Below are positions 1-8,388 of a DNA stretch of 32,000 nt, one piece after another; position 1 is the first letter of the stretch, and every line of letters begins with the position of its first letter. This DNA is from Candidatus Fokinia solitaria (GTDB taxonomy: Bacteria; Pseudomonadota; Alphaproteobacteria; Rickettsiales; Midichloriaceae). The notes beneath the pieces are model-generated. The model saw only the letters and a program-made list of their open reading frames with translations. It was not told the origin of the DNA and searched no databases. The stretch covers positions 636,313-668,312 of the forward strand of contig NZ_CP025989.1 of the NCBI RefSeq assembly GCF_003072485.1, read 5' to 3'. Both the position numbers and the translations under genes were made by a program.

Positions 1-2530
1 TAACACCTTTTATCGCTTCTAATCCATACCTTATTTCATTACCTTCTATCATAAATTCCGAATAAGAAAAATTAATGGAAGGAGGTTTGATTTGAATTTG
101 CAACAATCTTGCTTCATTACAATAAATAGCTAACTTATTGGTTTGCATGATATCGAGATTCATCAGTATACACAGAAACTCGATTGGATAATGCGCTTTA
201 AGATAAGCAGTTTGATAAGAGATGATAGAATACGCAGCAGCATGAGATTTATTAAAGCCGTAACTCGCGAACTTATTGACAGTATCGAAAATTTCTATTG
301 CACTTTTTTCTTCGATACCATTTTTAACAGCATTTTCTATAAAAGTACTTTGATGTTTCGCCATTTCATTTTTATCCTTTTTTCCCATCGCTCTTCTCAG
401 CAAATCTGCTTCTCCTAGAGAATAGTTTGCGATCACTCGTGCTATTTCTATTACCTGCTCCTGATATATTATGATACCGTACGTATCCTTCAACACGTCA
501 GCAATCCTAGGATGTATATACTCCACTGCTTCTAATCCATGCTTTCTTCTATTATACGATGGAATATTTGACATCGGCCCTGGTCTATATAATGAACTCA
601 AAGCAATCAAATCATCTATACTATCTGGCTTCAGTCCCTTTATCGCTTCTTTCATACCAACGCCTTCAAACTGAAACACACCTACTGTCAGACCTTTTGT
701 CAGCATTTCAAATGTCTTTACATCTGTAAGAGGTAAATTACTGATATCTATTTGAATACCTCTGTGCTGCTTTATGATATTGCATGTTTGCGCAATCACT
801 GTTAGCGTTTTCAAGCCTAAAAAGTCGAACTTTACCAAACCAGCTAATTCTGTATATTTCATACTATATTGCACTAGTATCAAATCAGAATCCTGCGTTT
901 TACATAACGGTACATCACCGAGTAGAGTAGTATCAGATATCACAACGCCTGCACTATGCATCGATATATGTCTATGCAATCCCTCAAGTTTTAATCCAAT
1001 CTCTATTAATCTTCTTACGTCATCATCAGTTTTACTCATCTCTTGTAGACTTTTATCTATTGCTACAGCAGTAGCGAGATCTATAGGGTGCGCAGGATTG
1101 TTAGGTATCATTTTACATATTCTGTCCACAACACGATAAGGTATCTGCAAAACACGCCCTACATCTCGCAGTACAGCTCTTGGCTGTAACTTACCAAACG
1201 TGATAATATGCGCAACTCTATCAGAGCCGTACTTTTTTTTTACGTATTCTATTACTCGATCACGTCCTAATTGACAAAAATCTACATCAATATCCGGCAT
1301 ACTTATACGAGCTGGATTAAGAAATCTTTCAAAAAGAAGATTAAATTTTATAGGATCTAATGCTGTAATATTCAAAACCCAAGCGACGATTGAGCCTACC
1401 GCTGAACCACGTCCAGGACCTACCGCAATATCATTATCTCTACTCCAACGAATAAAGTCTGATACCACAAGAAAATACCCCGAAAATCCCATACTGCATA
1501 TTACATCCAATTCACGCTGCAACCTTTCAAAGTATAACATCTTTGTCTCTTCCGTCATTTTTTCGACTTTTTCCTCTAAGCCTTTTAAAGTTCTCTGACG
1601 CAGTATCAGATCTTCTTGCGCACGCGAAGCAAAAGTAGGCAATCTTGGAGAAGATGACTGCGGCATAAACGAGCACTTTCGCGCAAGTGCTATTGTATTT
1701 TCTACTGCTTTCGGTAAGTCTGCAAAAAGACTCTGAAATTCATCATATGTTCTGAGAAATTCACCTTTTTGCACTGCTTTTCTATCTTTTGTAGCAATAT
1801 AAGTACCATTACTTATGCACATCATCACATCACATGCCTCCGCATCAGATACACTCATATGAGTTGCAATACAACTTGCAACTATCGGTATGTGATTCAG
1901 AGAACAAAACGCAATAAAAGCGCTTTCCGCTGTATAAAATATGTTATCTTCAACTCTTGAAATCTCTATATAAAGTTCTGCACTACTTAATGAAGCTTTT
2001 AATTGAGTAATGATATTACCGATTGTTGCTTGCAACTCTTCATTTGTGCTGTTTAAACGGCATAAAAAATCTTTATCAGCTGTCCCCCAAAGTACTATTA
2101 AACCCTCACAGTATTCACTAATTTGACGTAAACATAAATTACATGGCACTTTATCTTCTATCGCCATTAAAGCAAATTCAGTTTCATCATTCGCCTTTTC
2201 TACTCTCATATATAAGAGACTTGATAGAATCGTGAGATTTTTTACTCCTCTTTCATTAGTAGCGATGAGAACAATTTCTATTTCTGCGGCATCAGATACC
2301 ACTTCATCAAGACGCACTTTCAATGTTAGTCCAGGAATATACTGAATACCATTTTTCTTCGCTAACAATGAGCATTCAAGCATTCCAAATAAATCATTTC
2401 TATCTGTAATACAGAACGCCGGTATCTTATGTGTTTTACAAAATTTCACTACATCTTCTATTCTTATATTGCTTTCACCAATTGAGTAAGATGAGAATAT
2501 TCGAAGAGGGATATAAAAATCTTTAAACAT
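1..2530 (-). CDS. dnaE: DNA polymerase III alpha subunit, N-terminal ~843 codons (C-terminus lies beyond window start)
   Basis: Not in the ORF track because it is open to the window edge. My translation from the ATG (complement of 2528-2530) gives MFKDFYIPLRIFSSYSIGESNIRIEDVVKFCKTHKIPAFCITDRNDLFGMLE (PHP-domain N-terminus). Codons at the window edge read FMIEGNEIRYGLEAIKGV, matching the conserved GxGAIKGVG region of DnaE. The + strand ORFs across this span are low-complexity shadows. Confidence 0.9.
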   Translation of the reverse strand, partial: MFKDFYIPLRIFSSYSIGESNIRIEDVVKFCKTHKIPAFCITDRNDLFGMLECSLLAKKNGIQYIPGLTLKVRLDEVVSDAAEIEIVLIATNERGVKNLTILSSLLYMRVEKANDETEFALMAIEDKVPCNLCLRQISEYCEGLIVLWGTADKDFLCRLNSTNEELQATIGNIITQLKASLSSAELYIEISRVEDNIFYTAESAFIAFCSLNHIPIVASCIATHMSVSDAEACDVMMCISNGTYIATKDRKAVQKGEFLRTYDEFQSLFADLPKAVENTIALARKCSFMPQSSSPRLPTFASRAQEDLILRQRTLKGLEEKVEKMTEETKMLYFERLQRELDVICSMGFSGYFLVVSDFIRWSRDNDIAVGPGRGSAVGSIVAWVLNITALDPIKFNLLFERFLNPARISMPDIDVDFCQLGRDRVIEYVKKKYGSDRVAHIITFGKLQPRAVLRDVGRVLQIPYRVVDRICKMIPNNPAHPIDLATAVAIDKSLQEMSKTDDDVRRLIEIGLKLEGLHRHISMHSAGVVISDTTLLGDVPLCKTQDSDLILVQYSMKYTELAGLVKFDFLGLKTLTVIAQTCNIIKQHRGIQIDISNLPLTDVKTFEMLTKGLTVGVFQFEGVGMKEAIKGLKPDSIDDLIALSSLYRPGPMSNIPSYNRRKHGLEAVEYIHPRIADVLKDTYGIIIYQEQVIEIARVIANYSLGEADLLRRAMGKKDKNEMAKHQSTFIENAVKNGIEEKSAIEIFDTVNKFASYGFNKSHAAAYSIISYQTAYLKAHYPIEFLCILMNLDIMQTNKLAIYCNEARLLQIQIKPPSINFSYSEFMIEGNEIRYGLEAIKGV

Positions 2531-2609
2531 ATATTGATCACACGTATTCAAAGTGGTATTGATATTTCAGTTATGAAATGTTCAACAATATACATTGTGT
2601 ACAATAGTT

Positions 2610-2897
2610 ATGAAAAAATTTCTTTCAAATAAAATTTCCCTGTTGTTTTTAGTTTCAGCTCTTGTGCCGTTTGCACTGATTGGATGCTCTGAAAATAAGA
2701 AAGAAGAAAAAACAGCGCAATCCGAATCCTCTACCGAGTCCTCTACCGAACAATCTCACAGCACAGAAGGACACGACTCTACAGAACATCAGTCTTCTGC
2801 ATCAGAAACTGCACCTTCTGATAGCGAACAAGCATCTTCTACTACTAATGAGAGCAACACTGCTGCACCTGCTACCTCTGCACAGTCTTCTGACTAA
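2610..2897 (+). CDS. small acidic Ser/Thr/Glu-rich putative lipoprotein (95 aa from ATG 2610; track ORF starts at TTG 2595)
   Basis: Signal peptide MKKFLSNKISLLFLVSALVPFALIGC with lipobox L-I-G-C. The mature part is about 69 aa, disordered-looking and acidic (ESSTESSTEQSHSTEGHDSTEH...). A strong hairpin terminator follows. Confidence 0.6.
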   Translation: MKKFLSNKISLLFLVSALVPFALIGCSENKKEEKTAQSESSTESSTEQSHSTEGHDSTEHQSSASETAPSDSEQASSTTNESNTAAPATSAQSSD

Positions 2898-2938
2898 TTT
2901 GCAGATCAGTACTAGTTTAAAAAGTTAGTACGGTTGAT

Positions 2939-2982
2939 CGAAGTAGAATTTGCTTTATGGCGTTCTACTTCGGTGCTTTTTT
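2939..2982 (+). terminator. rho-independent terminator after the lipoprotein gene
   Basis: Perfect 10-bp stem, cgaagtagaa (2939-2948) with ttctacttcg (2963-2972), and a 14-nt loop. It is followed by gtgc and a T6 run (2977-2982). Confidence 0.65.
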
Positions 2983-3158
2983 CAAGTCATTTATATCTTA
3001 GTGTCAAACTTCTTCTAAGGTCCTGTTTCTGTCTGCCTCAGATATTCTTCTCCGTTCTTGATATTTCTGAACATCTTTTGCTGCACTCGCTTCTCTCATT
3101 TCCACATTCTCTTAGCACTCTAAAGCACGGTTAGTGGTTTGTCTTTGTTCGTAGAAAC

Positions 3159-3183
3159 AATTGCTTGAGTGCAATTCGTTTTT
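3159..3183 (+). terminator. second terminator-like hairpin in non-coding region
   Basis: aattgc (3159-3164) pairs with gcaatt (3171-3176) around a 6-nt loop, then cg and T5 (3179-3183). The stem is AT-rich and only moderately stable. Confidence 0.3.
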
Positions 3184-3224
3184 GTTATGTCAGTACTAAA
3201 GACTTTGATGATATAAGTATAATC

Positions 3225-3248
3225 CCTTTCTCCTCGCAAAGGTTTTTT
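3225..3248 (+). terminator. third, weak terminator-like hairpin
   Basis: ccttt (3225-3229) pairs with aaagg (3238-3242) around an 8-nt loop, followed by T6 (3243-3248). The stem is only 5 bp. Confidence 0.2.
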
Positions 3249-3319
3249 GAAAATTTTACAATTTCCAAATATCACGTTGCACTACCTACTGTCCGCATAT
3301 AGATATCTTCACCTGCGCA

Positions 3320-4039
3320 CTAAGCGCACTTCACAACAGAATACTCTTTTGATAGGCCAAATACAATTTCACTTAATATCTTAGGTTTGTGAATATTACA
3401 TACTAATAGAGGTAATCCTCCATCTCTAGCCATAGTCATAGCAGTAGAATCTGCAATACCTAATTTTTCTTCAATAGCTTGATCATAATTTAACTCTTTA
3501 TACAACACTGCATTAGGATTTTTCCGAGGATCAGAACAGTATATTCCATCTACACCTGTACCCTTTATCATCACATCACATTTCATTTCCAAAGCTCTTA
3601 ACACTGCACCTGTGTCCGTAGTAAAGAATGGATTTCCTGTACCTCCTGAAAAAATTAATACTCTCTTTTTTTCAAGATGTCGTAATCCTCTTTTAATTAC
3701 ATACTGCTCCGCACACTGCGAAATTGATAATGCAGATTGCAATCTACTCTCAACATTTAACGAATCAAAAACAGACTGTATCGCTATCGAATTCATCACA
3801 GTAGCAAGCATTCCCATCTGATCACTTCTTACCCTCTCTATACCTATTTTAGAAAGAGTTGTTCCTCTACATATATTACCACCTCCTACAACGATACAAA
3901 TACCAATACCTTCGGCATATATTCTCTGCAAATCTTGGCAAATTCTCAAAATAGATGCAAAATCCCAAATAGTACTTGCATCTTCTTGTCCTCTCAGTGC
4001 TTCTCCGGATAGCTTTAACATGATCCTTTTATACTGCAC
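3320..4039 (-). CDS. pyrH: UMP kinase
   Basis: 239 aa. N-terminal KRIMLKLSGEAL motif, internal VVGGGN and FSGGTGNPFFTTDT motifs typical of PyrH. Confidence 0.9.
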   Translation of the reverse strand: MQYKRIMLKLSGEALRGQEDASTIWDFASILRICQDLQRIYAEGIGICIVVGGGNICRGTTLSKIGIERVRSDQMGMLATVMNSIAIQSVFDSLNVESRLQSALSISQCAEQYVIKRGLRHLEKKRVLIFSGGTGNPFFTTDTGAVLRALEMKCDVMIKGTGVDGIYCSDPRKNPNAVLYKELNYDQAIEEKLGIADSTAMTMARDGGLPLLVCNIHKPKILSEIVFGLSKEYSVVKCA

Positions 4040-4275
4040 GATACTATTTTAATAGAGAAGAAAAATACCGTCATAAGATGGCACATTTTACTAGTAGTGT
4101 AAATACTTACGTTAAAGCAGTACTTTATTATGAAATATCATATTACAGTTCTACCCCATACCAATTCAGCAAATTATAGCTATAAATCATATGTATGTGA
4201 GTTCTTGCGAAATGTTCGCTATAGTATTTCACGTCTTTTCTCCTTATAAACAGAGAAAACATTTTACTTTATGCA

Positions 4276-4902
4276 ATGAAGGAAAAATATAACACCATAC
4301 CTGTGAAAATTACTGACCTTTCTAAAATATTCAACGGCATAAAAGTACTCACAGATATCAATCTAGAGGTACACGCTGATGAAATTTTAGGATTATCTGG
4401 ACCATCTGGCAGTGGAAAATCAACTCTATTACGATGCATTCAAGGATTAGAGAAATGGGATAGCGGCACAATTGATAAAAATGGCACAAGCGGATTTGTT
4501 TTTCAGGATTTTCAGCTGTTTCCTCATAAAACAGTACTGGAGAATCTTACATATGCGCCAATAGTAAACGGAAAAACTGAAGAAAGCTGTATTACAAAAG
4601 CTAATACATTACTAAAAGCGCTTGGTATCGCGGAAAAAGCAGATAGCTTGCCACAGACTCTCTCAGGAGGACAAAAACAGAGAGTCGCGCTTGCACGTAG
4701 TTTAATGCTTGATCCTAATATTTTGCTGTGCGACGAACCTACCTCAGGATTGGATATGGATAGCACTGCTGACGTTGTAACCGTACTAAAACAAGTACGA
4801 GATACCATAGGTATATGTATGATACTTGCTTCTCACGATCAGCATTTTTTATCGCAAATTACAACTAGAATGATAGTACTAAAGCATGGCATAATACAAT
4901 AA
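4276..4902 (+). CDS. ABC transporter ATP-binding protein, polar-amino-acid (GlnQ/ArtP)-like, short (208 aa)
   Basis: Walker A GPSGSGKST, Q-loop region FQDFQLFPHKTVLENL, signature LSGGQKQRVALARSL, Walker B LLCDEPTSGLD. No permease or binding-protein gene is adjacent. Confidence 0.85.
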   Translation: MKEKYNTIPVKITDLSKIFNGIKVLTDINLEVHADEILGLSGPSGSGKSTLLRCIQGLEKWDSGTIDKNGTSGFVFQDFQLFPHKTVLENLTYAPIVNGKTEESCITKANTLLKALGIAEKADSLPQTLSGGQKQRVALARSLMLDPNILLCDEPTSGLDMDSTADVVTVLKQVRDTIGICMILASHDQHFLSQITTRMIVLKHGIIQ

Positions 4903-4929
4903 AACTTTACATACGGTATCTAGAAGAAC

Positions 4930-5988
4930 ATGCACTGTTATACGCATACGCCAGTACTACTTGAAGAAGTGCTAACTTATATGATACGTACCAACGGTAG
5001 CATTAGTAATACGGAAGAAGAGTGTGTACTCTGCGACGCAACCTTTGGCGCAGGAGGACATACAGCAGCTTTGATCAAAGAATTGTCACATCATAACAAA
5101 AAAGCATTATTTTTATGCTCTGACAGAGATGAGAATTCAATCGAATACTTCGAAAAATTACATGAAGACGTTAAACATGAAATGAAATTTTCTAATGTAA
5201 GATTTAGCGATTTAAATAAAATACTTAACGATACCAATCTTTGTATTAATGGCATGATGGTAGATCTAGGATTTTCATCTATGCAAATCGATAACTATAA
5301 ACGCGGATTTTCGATTCAAAATAATGGACCATTACTTATGACAATGGGATTAAATGATGAAAACGCTAGCACTGCATTAAACACTCTATCAATAGATGAA
5401 CTAGAAAAAATACTACGCATTTATGGCGAAGAACCACGAGCAAAGGCACTTGCACAAGCTATATTTCGGTACAGAAGAAAACTCTCTACAACACATGATT
5501 TAAAAAATATTGTACACGAAGTTTACGGTTATAAAGGAAAGTACTGCAAAATCGATCCAGCAACTTTAACTTTTCAAGCACTCCGAATACATATCAATCA
5601 AGAGTTGTATCAGTTGATGCATGTAATACTTGCAGCAGCTTCACATATTGCTGTCAATGGACGCTTCATAGTAATTACTTTTCATGGACTGGAGGATATA
5701 GTGGTAAAAGCAATCTTTAGAAGCATCGTTCGAGATCAAAATCTTTCTCTAGAAGAAAGAATAATCAGTAATCTGAATCAAAATATTTTTTTACTAAATG
5801 CAATTGGCAGTCAAAAAGAAGTAGAAGATGAAATAATGCATTCTGTACAACAATACCGTGATAGTATCACTCATAAATCTTTTGCTGTATTAAATCGCGG
5901 CAGTGTAATTAAAGCTACTTACAAAGAAATTAAGATAAACAGGAGAGCAAGATCCGCTAAAATGCGCATTTTGGAGAGATTATCATAA
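4930..5988 (+). CDS. rsmH: 16S rRNA (cytosine1402-N4)-methyltransferase
   Basis: 352 aa. HTPVLLEEVL, SAM-binding DATFGAGGH and DLGFSSMQID motifs characteristic of RsmH/MraW. Longer than I expect for the family, by unchecked recollection. Confidence 0.85.
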   Translation: MHCYTHTPVLLEEVLTYMIRTNGSISNTEEECVLCDATFGAGGHTAALIKELSHHNKKALFLCSDRDENSIEYFEKLHEDVKHEMKFSNVRFSDLNKILNDTNLCINGMMVDLGFSSMQIDNYKRGFSIQNNGPLLMTMGLNDENASTALNTLSIDELEKILRIYGEEPRAKALAQAIFRYRRKLSTTHDLKNIVHEVYGYKGKYCKIDPATLTFQALRIHINQELYQLMHVILAAASHIAVNGRFIVITFHGLEDIVVKAIFRSIVRDQNLSLEERIISNLNQNIFLLNAIGSQKEVEDEIMHSVQQYRDSITHKSFAVLNRGSVIKATYKEIKINRRARSAKMRILERLS

Positions 5989-6059
5989 CATTTGGCGTAA
6001 AAAAATAACGCTCTTTCTAATTTACTTTACTATTTTTTTATGATATTTGGTTAGAACAT

Positions 6060-6131
6060 TGGGGTGTAGCCAAGTGGCAAGGCACCGGTTTTTGATACCG
6101 GCACTCGGTGGTTCGAATCCATCCACCCCAG
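6060..6131 (+). tRNA. tRNA-Gln (anticodon UUG)
   Basis: Hand-folded cloverleaf. Acceptor tggggtg/cacccca, 3-bp D stem gcc/ggc, anticodon stem ccggt/accgg with loop ttTTGat, T arm ggtgg-ttcgaat-ccatc, discriminator G. CCA is not encoded. Confidence 0.9.
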
Positions 6132-6152
6132 CGAAGTTTTTGTGGCACACCG

Positions 6153-6452
6153 CTATCTTCCTCTATCTACGGAGTTGATGAAGTCCTTCCATGCGACAAT
6201 ATTATCAGTGTTGTACCGTAACGTACTAAAATTCTTTTCCTTCATCGCAATAAGCTTTCCTGGACTTTTGAGATATTCAACTTGTAGAGTAAGTATCTCT
6301 ACTATCTCTTTTTCATCCTGCACTAACTGCATAAGCTCGTGCACTTCATCTTTTCCTTCTTTTATCATATGCTTGAACAGCACGGTAAATATCATACATA
6401 TAATAGTCAAAAGTATTAGAATTATATGATATTTTATATTTTCGTACTGCAC
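6153..6452 (-). CDS. small membrane-anchored coiled-coil protein, FtsL/FtsB (DivIC)-like
   Basis: 99 aa. N-terminal TM segment (HIILILLTIICMIFTVLF), then a heptad-like region ending in EYLKSPGKLIAM, resembling the E-x-L-x-x-P-x-R-L motif of FtsL/FtsB. It lies next to rsmH, where ftsL normally sits. The opposite-strand ORF 6142-6429 is Ser/Cys/Ile-rich and looks like a shadow. Confidence 0.45.
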   Translation of the reverse strand: MQYENIKYHIILILLTIICMIFTVLFKHMIKEGKDEVHELMQLVQDEKEIVEILTLQVEYLKSPGKLIAMKEKNFSTLRYNTDNIVAWKDFINSVDRGR

Positions 6453-6508
6453 TCGCTTCAGACTTGATTATAATGCACGAAAGTAGTACAAATTCTTATA
6501 GAACGCAA

Positions 6509-6581
6509 GGCGAAGTAGCTCAGTTGGTAGAGCAGCGGGATCATAATCCGCGTGTCGGGGGTTCGAATCCCTCCTCCGCCA
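6509..6581 (+). tRNA. tRNA with CAU anticodon (elongator Met, or Ile2 if lysidine-modified)
   Basis: Hand-folded. Acceptor ggcgaag/ctccgcc (one A-C mismatch at 5:68), D arm gctc-agttggta-gagc, anticodon stem gcggg/tccgc with loop atCATaa, T arm ggggg-ttcgaat-ccctc. The 1:72 pair is G:C, so it is not a bacterial initiator. Confidence 0.85.
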
Positions 6582-6622
6582 CCGTATCATTGCCACATCA
6601 ATAAGTAAATCGACATAAATGT

Positions 6623-7888
6623 GTGATGTTGAGTAAAGTGAAACTTCACAACTTCCGCAATCACAAATTACGCGAAATTATCGGTAATTCACCATGTAAT
6701 ATCATACTTGGTAGAAACGGTTCTGGCAAAACATCTATCTTAGAATCAATATCCTTACTGTGCGCAGGACGCAATCTACGCGGCGCTACATACAGCGAAA
6801 TGCTACTTAATCCTATGATAAATTTCGGTCATTCACAAATCGAAGATGAGATAAAAGCAGACACCTGGCAAGTAAAGTATTTCTTCGAATCTCAGAACAA
6901 GAACACGCTTTCTAATGAGATAGAGATGGAATATACAAAAGAACAAATAAATAAAATTATCACACTAAATGGTAAGAGGATTAAAAACATATCCGAATTA
7001 AAAGGACTATGCTCTTTTATTTACTTAACTCCTAAAAACGAAATGATATTTGCTTGCGCGACTTCCGAACGCAGATCATTTTTCGATCGGATGATACATG
7101 GTATTTTCCCTTCGCATGCATCGCTGTTATCGCAATATAACCACCATATAAAATCAAGATTACAGACTCTAAAAACATCACATGATCCACTATGGCTTGA
7201 CGCAATAGAAAATTCATTAGCGAGATTAGCAGCAGAAATAACCCTAAATAGAGGGCGTTTTATCAGACTAATGCAATACTCGTATAACATGATATTGAGT
7301 GGCAGCACCGAGGTCGATTATATTAAGAAGCTCTTCTCTGAAATTCCATTTATTCATCTCGAATTAAAAAGCCAAATATTCAATGAATGTGAAAGCTTTT
7401 CAGAATATTATCGCGATCTAAAACACATGCATGATGCTACTTTTTCGATCTCTGATGATATAATGAAATTTCTTGATGATACACTCATATCCCGCATACA
7501 GGAAAAATATAAATCTGCAAGAAAAGAAGATGTATTATTGAAAAAAAGCACTTTCGGTTCTCATAAAGAGGACTTTATAGTATTCTTAAGCGATGAGAGA
7601 TTCGACATTAAGTATTGCTCTGTCGGAGAGCAAAAATTATGCACAATGGTTGTACTACTAACGTATGCAAATTTAATCCATAACTTAAATATGGAAGATT
7701 CTCAATTTTTCAGTAATGTGATACTGTTACTAGACGATGTAATATCGAGGTTAGATCAAAGATATCAGACAATCCTTTTGGATGCCTTATACAGATTAGG
7801 CGTGCAAAGCTGGATTACCGCGCCGCAGTTGGAAATCCTTAATCACGCTAGTACAATCACTTCGCTACTGAATATCATTACGTTATAG
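6623..7888 (+). CDS. recF: DNA replication/repair protein RecF (elongated, 421 aa)
   Basis: N-terminal KLHNFRNH, Walker A GRNGSGKTSILESI, signature-like SVGEQK, Walker B LLLDDVISRLD. Confidence 0.8.
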   Translation: MMLSKVKLHNFRNHKLREIIGNSPCNIILGRNGSGKTSILESISLLCAGRNLRGATYSEMLLNPMINFGHSQIEDEIKADTWQVKYFFESQNKNTLSNEIEMEYTKEQINKIITLNGKRIKNISELKGLCSFIYLTPKNEMIFACATSERRSFFDRMIHGIFPSHASLLSQYNHHIKSRLQTLKTSHDPLWLDAIENSLARLAAEITLNRGRFIRLMQYSYNMILSGSTEVDYIKKLFSEIPFIHLELKSQIFNECESFSEYYRDLKHMHDATFSISDDIMKFLDDTLISRIQEKYKSARKEDVLLKKSTFGSHKEDFIVFLSDERFDIKYCSVGEQKLCTMVVLLTYANLIHNLNMEDSQFFSNVILLLDDVISRLDQRYQTILLDALYRLGVQSWITAPQLEILNHASTITSLLNIITL

Positions 7889-7891
7889 AGT

Positions 7892-8383
7892 ATGAGATAT
7901 TTGCTAATAATCGCTTTACTGGCCATATTTCGCCAAGGTAGTGCATTAGAAGAACAGCAGTACGATGACATTACTCCTAAGCTTGTAGAAAATACTGAAG
8001 CAGTAAACTCCGATACAGTAAGTGAAATCGTAAATAAAATACCAAAAGTACAAAGTGTGCAAGAAAAAAAGACTATCACGCACAATACCGCACAATTCAC
8101 AATACTTGATGTAAATTATGGCTCTCATGTCACCAAATCACTACATATTGATGAAGTAATCACAGTAGATAAGCTACGCTTTACCTTACTCAATCCGTGC
8201 TTGCAAGTGTGCAATAACTGCGCAACAAATATACCAAGTATTTTTAATACTTATTTCGTATTACTGAAGGTTGAAGATGAAACAGAAACACAGTACACGG
8301 AATATCTTGATTCAATGCATTTAAAAATACTATTCATCCCTAAGTATGGAATTTCCATTATGCTTGATAAATGTCTCTCGTAA
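7892..8383 (+). CDS. secreted hypothetical protein, possibly DUF2155-like
   Basis: 163 aa. Signal peptide MRYLLIIALLAIFRQGSALEE. The central AQFTILDVNYG...LRFTLLNPC segment resembles my recollection of alphaproteobacterial DUF2155 proteins. The family assignment is unverified. Confidence 0.45.
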   Translation: MRYLLIIALLAIFRQGSALEEQQYDDITPKLVENTEAVNSDTVSEIVNKIPKVQSVQEKKTITHNTAQFTILDVNYGSHVTKSLHIDEVITVDKLRFTLLNPCLQVCNNCATNIPSIFNTYFVLLKVEDETETQYTEYLDSMHLKILFIPKYGISIMLDKCLS

Positions 8384-8388
8384 AGTAT

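Noticed and set aside
143-1960. + strand ORFs 143-418, 471-674, 774-1139 and 1769-1960
   Set aside because: They overlap the continuous minus-strand dnaE reading frame, which I verified by translation at both ends. They have Ser/Cys/Ile/Phe-rich shadow composition.
2680-3134. ORFs 2680-2928(+) and 2934-3134(+)
   Set aside because: The first is an alternative frame of the lipoprotein gene. The second begins within the terminator stem and is Leu/Ser/Phe-rich with no start context.
6142-6429. 95-aa + strand ORF overlapping the FtsL-like gene
   Set aside because: Its Ser/Cys/Ile/Phe-rich composition is typical of the antisense of a K/E-rich gene. The minus-strand ORF has a clean TM-plus-coiled-coil architecture.
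7021-8128. Minus-strand ORFs 7021-7308, 7032-7217, 7843-8100 and 7946-8128
   Set aside because: They are nested antisense within recF and the secreted-protein gene, with hydrophobic or Cys-rich shadow composition.
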